64,000 nt of DNA from Rhodothermales bacterium. GTDB lineage: Bacteria; Bacteroidota; Rhodothermia; Rhodothermales; Bin80. The notes under the pieces are model-generated. The model saw only the letters and a list, made by a program, of their open reading frames with translations, was not told the origin of the DNA and ran no database searches. The stretch spans positions 547 through 64,546 of the forward strand of contig JAJECE010000079.1 in assembly GCA_022822185.1 (NCBI GenBank), read 5' to 3'. This document shows positions 9,281 through 18,529 of this stretch, piece by piece (within the stretch, counting starts at the first letter, position 1; every line of letters begins with the position of its first letter). A program made the position numbers and the translations under genes.

Positions 9281-10389
9281 GCGCTGAACCGTTCATTGAT
9301 TTCGTCTTGATGATCCACCCACCAGGCTGCATTGTAGTGTAAAACGCGTTGCATGTTGGCGGGACTGGCGGGCATATGCGGAGCCATGTCTATGCCAGTG
9401 GTCAGATGGGTCGTGACCAGTGGCATCCCCGACTTCCGTGCGGGAGAATAGGAGATGCGGCTTCCGATTCGGGCCATTGATTCGGCACGGGTTGCGAAGG
9501 CAAGGTATTCCAGAGCCTCTTTGAGTCGGGGTGTTCCTGCGACAATTCCAACCTGTCCTACATCAAGCACCTGTCCATCCCACACAATTACGAACGGCTG
9601 GTTTTCAAGCACCTGTGCGTTAAAGATGCGACCATTGTATGCTGTGGTCATGACCACCTCTTTGTCGGCCAGCATTTGTGGCGGCTGCGCACCTGCTTCC
9701 CACCAGATGACTTCGTCCTTGATCGTTTCAAGTTTTGCAAATGCGCGATCCACCCCGTCAGGAGTATCCAGTACGGCGTAGACCTGATCTAGTGGAACAC
9801 CGTCTGCAATCAGTGCCCATTCAAGATTTACCTGGGGCACCCGCCGCATCCCCCGGCGGCCCGGAAAGGTTATCAGATCGAAAAAATCCGCCATTGTGGC
9901 GGGCTTGGGACCGGAGATGCTCTCTTTATTATATGCGTACACGCCAGAGCCGTAGAGTTTACCTATCCCGCATCGGGTGAGGGTTCCGTCCATAAAATCC
10001 TCTATTGCAGGGGTTCCATCGGGGCCGGGCGGAAGTATGCTGATGTCAATTGGCTCCAGAAGCCCCTCATCGCATCCCCGAACTGCGTCCGCGAATTCCA
10101 GATCCACAATATCCCAGTGGATCATCCCAATTTCCACTTGTGCACGGATCTGGGCAAGGCCTCCATTGTAGTCCTCCACCTTTACATCAATTCCAGTCTC
10201 CCCGGTAAAGGGAATGTTGACCCCTTCATTGACGGCATGTCCGTATGAGCCCCCCCATGACACCGCCGTGATGGAGCGGGAAGGTTCTGTATTGCATCCG
10301 GTAATCAACAGGATGCCCATTAGGCAGGTGATACTCCGCTGTATGTGATGATTCATGGTGCAGTTATATTTCGATGGTTCATCATTCAT
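9265..10389 (-). CDS. ABC-transporter-type periplasmic solute-binding lipoprotein, paralog B
   Basis: Lipobox LITGCN. Collinear with and highly similar to 8102-9280 along its full length (e.g. FPGRRGMRRVPQVNLEWALIADGVP is identical in both). Confidence 0.75.
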   Translation of the reverse strand: MNDEPSKYNCTMNHHIQRSITCLMGILLITGCNTEPSRSITAVSWGGSYGHAVNEGVNIPFTGETGIDVKVEDYNGGLAQIRAQVEIGMIHWDIVDLEFADAVRGCDEGLLEPIDISILPPGPDGTPAIEDFMDGTLTRCGIGKLYGSGVYAYNKESISGPKPATMADFFDLITFPGRRGMRRVPQVNLEWALIADGVPLDQVYAVLDTPDGVDRAFAKLETIKDEVIWWEAGAQPPQMLADKEVVMTTAYNGRIFNAQVLENQPFVIVWDGQVLDVGQVGIVAGTPRLKEALEYLAFATRAESMARIGSRISYSPARKSGMPLVTTHLTTGIDMAPHMPASPANMQRVLHYNAAWWVDHQDEINERFSAWLVQ

Positions 10390-10606
10390 TCTCTGGAATC
10401 AAATCAGCCCGGCAGAATGAACTTCACAGTCTGCCGGAAAAATACGGCTTTTGCGGATTGGAGTGTTCTATCATGGCTGCTGCCCAGATCTGATTCAGCA
10501 TGAGGTCGCGGCGGTTGCAGCCATCAGATAAGATTTACCTGTTGCGCCTCAGGGTTTGCAGGGGTATTTGTAAAGAGTAATGTGATTGATCATAGCCGAA
10601 TTGAAA

Positions 10607-10659
10607 GGGAATGTCGAGTAGCCGGGGGGATTTTCACCCCCCGGCTACTCGACATTCCC
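10607..10659. repeat. 53-bp perfect palindromic element flanked by an 8-bp direct repeat (MITE/REP-like)
   Basis: Arms gggaatgtcgagtagccgggggg (10607-10629) and ccccccggctactcgacattccc (10637-10659), with loop attttca. It is flanked by AATTGAAA at 10599-10606 and 10660-10667. Confidence 0.7.
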
Positions 10660-11196
10660 AATTGAAAATAGGTCCAGACAGATGTTTGATAATAGCCAGT
10701 GTTCAAGGGAAAGAACGTTTTCGATTTCGTGCATTCTTTTGGGAATGTCATTATTTATCTGGGATTTAGTATCTCGATCCCCTAACCGCGTCAGATTCTC
10801 AACTGACATCACTTATTGAACCTGTGGCCGTGATTGTTTAACGGAACCCCTATATACAGCAAACCCTGCGTTGAGAGCGCAGGGCAAGCCGTCATGAAAA
10901 ATATTAAGACAATACAATATAAGCATAATTCTGATAAAGGTTCCAATCTGGAGCCAAAAACTTCTACAATTCTTGGCAATCGCCAGGAAAAGCATAAGAA
11001 TCTCCTGCGGGGTTACTCCAAAACCTTTCATTCCGAGCGGCGGAGCCGTGTACCGGATAAGGTGGATGGCAGGTGTCTGCAAAAACTCCGTAACCGCGGT
11101 CTTCTGGAGACAGAGGTTGTCGGTGTCGGCAAAGCCAAAGAGGTTCGTGGGTTGCGGGTGACGCTCCTCTATGATGATGATTCGGAGAGACTGGGA

Positions 11197-11466
11197 GTGA
11201 TCCGACACTTCACGGAATCGGAGTTGTTTGGGATATTCCGGCGGGTTCCAGAGATAAGGAAGGCGGCGAACGCCATACGGGAGACCATTCGCAGTTGGGA
11301 GTTGGCTCGTCTGAGTCCTCTGTCAATGGAATCTATCGCGGGCAGGATAAATGTCACGGTACGCGGATGGATTGACTACTATGGCGCATTTTTCAAATCG
11401 GAGTTGAAACGAGTGTTTCGAATATTCAAGATCCAACGGCTGCATGGTAAGAGCCGTGTGAGTTGA
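11197..11466 (+). pseudogene. Group II intron maturase (X/thumb domain) fragment; the reverse-transcriptase domain is missing
   Basis: AIRETIRSWELARLSPLSMESIAGRINVTVRGWIDYYGAFF matches the maturase pattern (R.L....l..lNp.lRGWinYYg). No RT motifs (e.g. YADD) occur in the preceding part of the ORF. Confidence 0.65.
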
Positions 11467-11484
11467 GAGGCTCACGCACGGTTC
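11451..11484 (+). ncRNA. Group II intron domain V
   Basis: 34 nt, GAGCCGTGTGAGTTGAGAGGCTCACGCACGGTTC. It has an 8-bp lower helix with the AGC triad, a 2-nt CG bulge on the 3' strand, an upper helix, and a GAGA (GNRA) loop. It sits immediately at the end of the maturase fragment, as in real introns. Confidence 0.75.
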
Positions 11485-12073
11485 TGTGGAGAGCCGGAGG
11501 GTGAAATTTCCTCCGGCTACTTGACATTCCCATTCTTTTTGGTTCCATCCCGGCCAGTATTCGGTGCTGCGTAGATGATCTCAACTGAACAACGGCACTA
11601 TATCAGACTCATCCCGGGTGAATGTATGATCCCGGATGAATCCCGCTTTGCATAAATGTCCTGTAATCTCCGTAAACCGCTGAAGCGGGATGCCTCGGCA
11701 TCTGTGAGGCATTCTGTGGATACGATTAGCAGATGATCGAATAGGCTGGTTCCCGGTCGCTTCATACAGGTGGAAACAAAGCAGAGCAATGTCTCACATG
11801 CCAGGACTCTGTCTCTCAGGCGGCATTCATAGTTACAGTTCCCGCTCATACTGCAGATTTTGTATGCGGTGCGATTACGGCAACGGAGAGCTGTTACGGT
11901 CCGGCATTTTGAAAATGATGATTCTGCTTACCTGTAGACGGACGGGAACGTCTGCTGTCTTCCGCAGTCCGGTTTTCCCATCCTTGATCTCGCTTGAATG
12001 ATGATCGGCAATCACATCTGGATTCACGCGGCAGCACTCACGATACTTCACCGTAAAGTGTTCCGGCGGTCCA

Positions 12074-12565
12074 TTATGGTTCCATGAGTTCTTCCGCAAT
12101 CACGGCAGGTACAAAGGGGCGGATGTCTCCTCCCCACTGCAGGATGTCACGGACTAGAGAGGAACTTGTCAGAGCGTGGGCTGCGGAGGTGTGAAAAAAT
12201 ACTGTATCAAGTTCTGGAACCATCCTGCGATTTGTATGCGCCATCTGTGACTCGTAGTCAAAGTCCCGGGGACTGCGCAGCCCTCGGACCAGAGCACAGG
12301 CCCCTAGATTTTTTGCGTGCTCCGCAATGAGCCCCTCGAAACTCATCACCTGCACCTGATTCAAATGCGCGGCGGCCCGCTGAATTAGATCAATACGCAT
12401 GTCTGAAGGCAGAAGAGAAGATTTTTCCGCATGAACTGCGACGGTAATTACGAGTTGGTCAAATATGTGGAGTGCACGCTCGGCAATGTCCAGATGCCCT
12501 AGTGTGAACGGATCAAATGTGCCGGGATAGACTGCTAGTTTCATGAGATTGAGATTGGAATACAC
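12074..12565 (-). CDS. coaD: Phosphopantetheine adenylyltransferase
   Basis: AVYPGTFDPFTLGHLDIAERA is the T/HxGH nucleotidyltransferase motif. About 160 aa, the typical CoaD length. An alternative start is at 12544. Confidence 0.9.
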   Translation of the reverse strand: MYSNLNLMKLAVYPGTFDPFTLGHLDIAERALHIFDQLVITVAVHAEKSSLLPSDMRIDLIQRAAAHLNQVQVMSFEGLIAEHAKNLGACALVRGLRSPRDFDYESQMAHTNRRMVPELDTVFFHTSAAHALTSSSLVRDILQWGGDIRPFVPAVIAEELMEP

Positions 12566-13082
12566 TTACATGTGTTCGGCCATAGGTGCGGGTGGTATTG
12601 AGAGAAGAATGTCCGGTAAACTGGGTTCGTGTATCATGTTCTACCACAAACAATCCTCCAGGTCGCAAACAGGGCAGTGCGAGATCTGGAAGATCGTCGA
12701 TTTGTTCAAGTTCGTAGGGCGGATCCGCCAGAATGAGGTCTAATGGAGGTCCATGATATTGTTTCAGATAGGTTACGGCATCTGCGCATAAAAAATGACA
12801 TTTCGAGGACAGATTCAGGTGCGCAGCATTTTTTCTTGAGGCATTGACAGTCCTGCGGTTCGATTCGACGAGAATCGCACTTTGTGCACCACGACTGATC
12901 CCCTCAAAGGCGAGTGCCCCCGTGCCGGCAAACAGGTCAAGTAGCCGAGCATCCCTCAACGAGAGCCTAGCCTCGACCAGCGCATACAGGGCCTCACGTA
13001 CCCGGTCTGTCGTCGGACGTGTTCGCAGATATTTTGGGCGGACCAGTTTGCGGCCGCGCAGACTGCCGGCAATTATACGCAT
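12513..13082 (-). CDS. rsmD: 16S rRNA (guanine966-N2)-methyltransferase
   Basis: MRIIAGSLRGRKL...PTTDRVREALY...LDLFAGTGALAFEGISRGA...LADPPY is the classic RsmD signature. Synteny with coaD supports the call. Confidence 0.9.
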   Translation of the reverse strand: MRIIAGSLRGRKLVRPKYLRTRPTTDRVREALYALVEARLSLRDARLLDLFAGTGALAFEGISRGAQSAILVESNRRTVNASRKNAAHLNLSSKCHFLCADAVTYLKQYHGPPLDLILADPPYELEQIDDLPDLALPCLRPGGLFVVEHDTRTQFTGHSSLNTTRTYGRTHVSVFQSQSHETSSLSRHI

Positions 13083-13139
13083 GGTTGAATTGTGCTGGAG
13101 GGATACAAACGCATCCTACTGTGATGGCAGGCGTACCAT

Positions 13140-14066
13140 ATGCAATCCCTGAATTCTATGCGCATACTTTTAACAGGTGGGACAGGTTTTGTTGGCCGCC
13201 ATGTACTTCGTGAATTATTGACAAAGGGGTACCAAGTGCGTGCTCTTGTACGACGCGGAGGTGCTCCCGAAGGGTTTGAAGGGGAGCAGGTGGAGGTCGT
13301 ACGCGGAGATATTAATGGTTCCCTGGCGCCGTTTATGGATGACATAGACGGAATCATTCACTTGGTTGGAATCATTGAAGAGGTGCCGACACAAAACGTA
13401 ACCTTTGATGCACTTCATACGCGTGCAACTCAAAATGTCGCCAATGCCGCCCGAATCGCCTGTATTCCCCGGCTTGTATTTGTAAGTGCCAACGGGGCCG
13501 AACCGTATGGTAAAACAAAGTACCAGACCACAAAATGGGCCGCCGAAGAAGCGGTGCGGAATTCAGGTCTGGATCATTGGTGTATTCTTCGTCCTGGACT
13601 GATCTTTGGGGATCCAGGTAGGGAACGGGAAGAATTTTGCACGATGCTGTCCAGGACGCTGATCAGGCCGTTCCCCGTTCTGCCGATATTCGGGAATGGT
13701 CAGTACCAGTTGCAGCCTGTTTCGGTTGAAGAGGTGGCGGCGGCAACGGTTCAGGCGTTGATACTCTCTGATGCACATGGAAAAACCGTTCCAGTTCTTG
13801 GAACCGACCGATTCACGTATATTGATTTGCTGGATATAATCACCCGGGCGCTTGGAATGAAGCCGAAGCCAAAAATAAAACTCCCCCTGTCGTTTGTGCA
13901 TGCAGGGATGCGCTTCGCAGGCGGTTTGTTACCGATTACACCGGATCAACTCACGATGCTGATTGCAGGTAACATTGGAGATGAGTCTGATTTTTATAGA
14001 CTATTCCAGGTGGCGAAGTACTCATTCAACGAAGAAAATCTGGGATATCTGCGTCTTCGGGTATAG
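13140..14066 (+). CDS. NAD(P)-binding SDR/epimerase family protein (NDUFA9/NmrA-like)
   Basis: The Rossmann motif ILLTGGTGFVGRHVLRELLTKGYQVRALVRR is near the N-terminus. Confidence 0.8.
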   Translation: MQSLNSMRILLTGGTGFVGRHVLRELLTKGYQVRALVRRGGAPEGFEGEQVEVVRGDINGSLAPFMDDIDGIIHLVGIIEEVPTQNVTFDALHTRATQNVANAARIACIPRLVFVSANGAEPYGKTKYQTTKWAAEEAVRNSGLDHWCILRPGLIFGDPGREREEFCTMLSRTLIRPFPVLPIFGNGQYQLQPVSVEEVAAATVQALILSDAHGKTVPVLGTDRFTYIDLLDIITRALGMKPKPKIKLPLSFVHAGMRFAGGLLPITPDQLTMLIAGNIGDESDFYRLFQVAKYSFNEENLGYLRLRV

Positions 14067-14067
14067 G

Positions 14068-15900
14068 ATGCTTGCGCTTCGCGCGGTCCTGTTTTTTCTG
14101 GTGAGTTTGAGTGCACCAGTCGTACACGCCCAGATTCGGGCCGACACGGTGCGTACATTGATGTCATTTCGTGCGGTGGAGGACACGGTGAGTCGGGCAG
14201 TATTGACGGCGCATCATGACATTACCTACGCGCTCTCACAGTTGCCGGGCAGTTTTGTGTATGATTTTAACACCTTTGCTTGGCCGGCTGCCTGGAGCAT
14301 CTATGGACTTAGCCCACATTCGGTTCAGCTTTATTTCGGGCCGGTTCCGTTTGATGATCTGCTTACGGGGCGCAGTCGTTATGATTTGCTTCCAACCGCG
14401 CTCCTGCGAGTTCCTGAAGTGGATGCCGGTCTGCCGGGTGGAGGAATCGGAATTCAGACAGAACTTCGAACGGTAAATACAGCACTGCCAATCACCCAGC
14501 TCCATTATCAGGCAGGGGATCATAAACTTCAGCGTGTGACGGCATTGCATGCGCAGCAGAGGAATCGACTATTTGACCGGACAGGCCGGTTGCAAGGAGT
14601 TTTTGCTTATGGCGGTGCCTCAGATGCGGGGGACTATCCTGGAAGCCGTTTGCGGCGGCAGCGGCAGCTTTTGCTCAGGACACGCTACCAGCGGATTACG
14701 TGGTCACTGGAACTCATGTATCTGCATAATCAGCGCCGCCTGGGTGCTCACAGCGGCGTGCTGGGAGCAGAGGATGTACGCTACAATCGTCTCATTGCCG
14801 GGGTCATCGGGCAAAATCGGACAAGGAGGACCGTACGGAATGATTTTCTAAGTACTTTCCGAACAGGGTTTGTGACGGCAACGGTGTATCTGTCAACGCA
14901 AACCAACCGCTACGAAGATGCGGGTGCATCCGCGTGGCGGTTCGGGGGATCCGTCACAAGGAATTTTAATTTTGATCGGAACCGGCTGCGGTTACGCGTT
15001 AAGGCCTATACGCAGCGCGTTCCCAGGGGGAGTGCACTTCCAGAGGGGCGGCAGGTGTCGCTGATGGAATTCCAGATAACGGATTCTTTGCAACTGCGGG
15101 CAGGCGTTCTCTTTGCACAGGCAGGGCTTCGGCATCAGGCGGGAAGCTGGTCCCCGCTGGGGTGTCTTCAATGGGGGGCATCCATAGCGGCATTCGCCCC
15201 CCATATAGAGGTCACCTACAGCACAATGCCGACTCCGACCCCTGGGTGGGGAAAGTATCTGGTCAATGAAGTAACCGGAACGGGGCGCGTAGTGCGGGCG
15301 CATACAGGAATTGGTCTGCACATGGGGTGGTTTACGATTACGCCTTATGGATTTATGTCTGATGCCCGGAATGTGCCGGACTACCGGGAGATCACCATCG
15401 ACTCGGTGCATGTGGTTCAGGATACGTACACTGCGTTTGGGGGAGGGATTGGTCTGTCTCTTGCAGAGGATCCAGGCCGTGGCGTTTATGCTGCCGTGAA
15501 CTCCGGCTTCATCGAAACCGGACGTATCGGATATGAGACAGAACGCATCCTGCCGCAGTGGACATTGTCAGGGCAGCTGGGATTTCGTGCGGTTCTGTTT
15601 ACCGGGGATTTGCGTCTGGACATGTCCTTACGCGGCAGGTCATGGAGTGCCATGACGGGGCGCACCCTGCACGCGCCCACTGGATTGCTGGTGATTCCGT
15701 CTGGTGAACGCATCCCCGTTAAGGCATCGTACGCACTGGATCTGGTTGTGGAGGGAGGTATTCGCACGGCAACCGTCTATGTTCTTTACGAGAATATGAC
15801 CAGCGGTACCGGGTTGATGGCCGGGAATGAACTGGTAGCAGATTATCCACTTCCTGCAGGCCAGTTGCGTTTCGGTGTATACTGGCCAATCATAAACTGA
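14068..15900 (+). CDS. Hypothetical secreted or outer-membrane protein
   Basis: The ORF is open from 13963, but MLALRAVLFFLVSLSAPVVHAQ at 14068 is a clean signal peptide starting just after the upstream stop. It is rich in alternating Y/R/G/T segments suggestive of a beta-barrel. No named family was recognised. Confidence 0.6.
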   Translation: MLALRAVLFFLVSLSAPVVHAQIRADTVRTLMSFRAVEDTVSRAVLTAHHDITYALSQLPGSFVYDFNTFAWPAAWSIYGLSPHSVQLYFGPVPFDDLLTGRSRYDLLPTALLRVPEVDAGLPGGGIGIQTELRTVNTALPITQLHYQAGDHKLQRVTALHAQQRNRLFDRTGRLQGVFAYGGASDAGDYPGSRLRRQRQLLLRTRYQRITWSLELMYLHNQRRLGAHSGVLGAEDVRYNRLIAGVIGQNRTRRTVRNDFLSTFRTGFVTATVYLSTQTNRYEDAGASAWRFGGSVTRNFNFDRNRLRLRVKAYTQRVPRGSALPEGRQVSLMEFQITDSLQLRAGVLFAQAGLRHQAGSWSPLGCLQWGASIAAFAPHIEVTYSTMPTPTPGWGKYLVNEVTGTGRVVRAHTGIGLHMGWFTITPYGFMSDARNVPDYREITIDSVHVVQDTYTAFGGGIGLSLAEDPGRGVYAAVNSGFIETGRIGYETERILPQWTLSGQLGFRAVLFTGDLRLDMSLRGRSWSAMTGRTLHAPTGLLVIPSGERIPVKASYALDLVVEGGIRTATVYVLYENMTSGTGLMAGNELVADYPLPAGQLRFGVYWPIIN

Positions 15901-16274
15901 TCCTCTTGGGACTCCGCTGTCATTTTTAGGTTGTATAAGGGATGGAAGCGGCATTTTAACGGCCGATGAGGGGGAAGAATTGGGGAACGAAAAAGATGGA
16001 CAAGATTCATACTGATATGGAGGCCTGCCCGTTGAACTTCAAGCCAGGGTGCATATATGCACAACTGGATTTTGCCTATGTGTATGGAGTTGGCCCCGGA
16101 ACCGGAATGTAGCTGCTCATTTTATATAGATCGTAGCACGACCTGGGGAGAAGCAAGCGGGTTGGGATACTCCCAAACATCGGGAGCAAGATGCTCTACC
16201 GTAAAGCAAATTAGCCGAATTGGCCACAATTCATAATCATTCCGTATAAACTCTGTTATCAGGTCAAACTGCAA

Positions 16275-17096
16275 ATGAAACCCAGTTTCTACGAAGAGCA
16301 GGTATTGCGGAAAATCCATATGTGGCGGAATGAAGAGCCGTCATGGCTGCGCCAGAAAGTACAATGGGTCAATCGGCCGCTGAAAATACTGTCAAAGCAG
16401 GTAATGCGGGTTCCAGGAGTCGAATGGACATTGGAGAATGTCATTGCAGGTCTCGTAAAATGTGCCAATGAGATGGTTCAGGATACGACATCACGCTCGG
16501 CTATCATGACGACGTTTCGCGCAAAAGGTTATAATGTCCGTAAATTTTCGGATATTGGGGATCTTGATTTGAAAGCAGTGGATCATGTACTTGACGGTCT
16601 GGACCTCCGCTATCAAACCCTGACGGCTGCACACGGCGCAGTTGCAGGGCTTGCCGGAATGGCGGGACTGGCTGCGGACATTGCCGCTTTGGTTGCATTG
16701 AATCTCCGTGCGGCCGGGCAGATTGCACTGTACTGTGGATACAATATCCACCTGCCACAAGAACGCACATACGCATTGAACATATTGGCGATGGCCGCGC
16801 AGTCAGAAGAAAAAGAAGACAGACATGCACAGGCGCTCGCAGAGCGGCACCTTCGTGCGGCCATTGAGCAGACGGCGGTCGGGATTACGCTGCGCAGCAC
16901 TGCACGCGTTCTCGGTATGCGTCTCATTAAATTGAAACTGGCTCAGGTGATTCCCCTGGCCGCAGTGGTTGCCGGAGGTGGATTCAATGCGTACTACACC
17001 GCACGCGTGTACGAGATGGCGAGATATCTGTATCAGGAGCGCCGTTTACAAGACAAGTACTCGACTGATGTACTGAACTCTCTACTGGAAGAATGA
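16275..17096 (+). CDS. EcsC family protein
   Basis: The N-terminal YEEQVLRKIHMWRNEEPSWL and the central Gly/Ala-rich AGLAGMAGLAADIAALVALNLRAAGQIALYCGY resemble the EcsC (PF12787) pattern. Confidence 0.55.
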   Translation: MKPSFYEEQVLRKIHMWRNEEPSWLRQKVQWVNRPLKILSKQVMRVPGVEWTLENVIAGLVKCANEMVQDTTSRSAIMTTFRAKGYNVRKFSDIGDLDLKAVDHVLDGLDLRYQTLTAAHGAVAGLAGMAGLAADIAALVALNLRAAGQIALYCGYNIHLPQERTYALNILAMAAQSEEKEDRHAQALAERHLRAAIEQTAVGITLRSTARVLGMRLIKLKLAQVIPLAAVVAGGGFNAYYTARVYEMARYLYQERRLQDKYSTDVLNSLLEE

Positions 17097-18529
17097 GACT
17101 CCTTGGCGCACTGACTTTACTGCTGGTCTCTGCTGGCTGTCGGGTCACGGAACCGGCGAATTTTGTATTTATTCTGGCGGACGACTTAGGGTATATGGAT
17201 GTCGGTGCATACAACTCGAACACGTTTTATGAGACTCCGAATATTGATCGCTTAGCCGAGGAAGGAGTTCGATTTACACAGGGGTACGCTGCCGCACCCG
17301 TATGCAGTCCTACCCGTGCAAGTTTGATGACGGGGCTGTATCCCGCACGAATGGCGACCACGGATTATTTTGGTGCTCCGCAACCGGATCATGTGTCCAC
17401 ACACTGGACACGTAATAAGCCGCTGCTTCCTGCCAGATATGAGTCGCAGTTGCCGCATAATGAGGTGACACTTGCCGAAGCTTTCTCGGCGGCGGGGTAT
17501 CGGACATTCTGGGCGGGGAAATGGCATCTGGGCGGGGAAGGATCATATCCTGAAGATCATGGATTTGATGTAAATCGGGGTGGCTGGGAGGCGGGCGGCC
17601 CCTATGGGCGGGGGAATTATTTTGTCCCCTATGATAATCCGCGGCTAGAGGATGGCCCAGACGGAGAGCATCTGCCAGCGAGGCTGGCTGCCGAGACGGT
17701 CCGGTTTATCGGAGAAAATCAGGGACAGCCGTTTGTGGCATTTCTGTCGTTCTATTCGGTTCATACGCCGCTCATGGCGCGGACAGACCTGCAGGCCAAG
17801 TACGAGGTCAAGCCTGCACCGCCGGATGAGTGGGGGACTGAAGGGGAGCGCCAAATGCGACTGACACAAAACCATGCGGTTTATGCCGCCATGATTGAGG
17901 CGATGGATCAGGCGGTGGGCACGGTCCTTGCTGCACTGGATGAATTGGATCTTGTACGCAATACCGTGGTTGTTTTCACTTCAGATAACGGAGGCCTCTC
18001 CACCTCGGAAGGACATCCAACCAGTAATCTGCCACTCAGGGCAGGCAAAGGATGGATGTATGAAGGGGGAATCAGGGAGCCGCTGCTTATGCGCTGGCCT
18101 GCACTGTTAAGCGGAGGGCGGGTGGAGGATACGCCGGTTACCAGCCCCGACATTATGCCGACCCTCCTGCACATGGCAAGACTGCCGGAACCGGATTTTA
18201 CCGACGGAGTCAGCCTGCTGCCACTTCTGATTGAACGACGCGCACCCGAGCGGGATATCTATTGGCATTATCCGCATTACGGTAATCAGGGAGGAAGCCC
18301 CTCTAGTGCAGTGCGGCGCGGAGACTGGAAACTCATTCGATTCTATGAAGATGACCGGGAAGAATTATATAATCTGGCTGTGGATGTGTCTGAATCGGAA
18401 GATCAAGCGTCTAATCAACGGGAGATTCGAGATGAACTCTCAAGATCACTGGATGTATGGTTGGATCAGGTGAATGCACGCCTGCCAACCCCGAATCCTG
18501 ATCATATAGATCAATCACCCCATGAGTAA
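17093..18529 (+). CDS. Sulfatase (arylsulfatase A family), lipoprotein
   Basis: Lipobox LVSAGC. FVFILADDLGYMD and the formylglycine motif CSPTRASLMTG are present. Confidence 0.9.
   Translation: MRLLGALTLLLVSAGCRVTEPANFVFILADDLGYMDVGAYNSNTFYETPNIDRLAEEGVRFTQGYAAAPVCSPTRASLMTGLYPARMATTDYFGAPQPDHVSTHWTRNKPLLPARYESQLPHNEVTLAEAFSAAGYRTFWAGKWHLGGEGSYPEDHGFDVNRGGWEAGGPYGRGNYFVPYDNPRLEDGPDGEHLPARLAAETVRFIGENQGQPFVAFLSFYSVHTPLMARTDLQAKYEVKPAPPDEWGTEGERQMRLTQNHAVYAAMIEAMDQAVGTVLAALDELDLVRNTVVVFTSDNGGLSTSEGHPTSNLPLRAGKGWMYEGGIREPLLMRWPALLSGGRVEDTPVTSPDIMPTLLHMARLPEPDFTDGVSLLPLLIERRAPERDIYWHYPHYGNQGGSPSSAVRRGDWKLIRFYEDDREELYNLAVDVSESEDQASNQREIRDELSRSLDVWLDQVNARLPTPNPDHIDQSPHE

Larger units (their letters stand above)
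10741..11531 (+). mobile_element. 791-bp segment bounded by 10-bp inverted termini and 8-bp direct repeats; contains a group II intron 3' remnant
   Basis: Termini are GGGAATGTCA (10741-10750) and TGACATTCCC (11522-11531). Direct repeats ATTCTTTT lie at 10733-10740 and 11532-11539. The right ~45 nt are collinear with the right half of the 10607-10659 palindrome. Confidence 0.5.

Noticed and set aside
10834-11196. N-terminal ~120 aa of the 210-aa ORF as a possible reverse-transcriptase domain
   Set aside because: No RT motifs (finger or palm blocks, YADD) are visible. The text is low-information and lysine/arginine-rich. Only the C-terminal X-domain part is supported.
11598-12099. Small minus-strand ORFs (83 aa and 74 aa) downstream of coaD
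   Set aside because: No motifs were recognised, the composition is odd (Cys/Arg-rich), and one overlaps the coaD 3' end. They cannot be supported as genes from sequence alone.
13963-14067. Upstream extension of the 645-aa ORF (and likewise 21915-21971 for the TamB-like ORF)
   Set aside because: The extensions overlap the preceding genes and precede clean signal or anchor sequences that start at internal Met codons (14068 and 21972).
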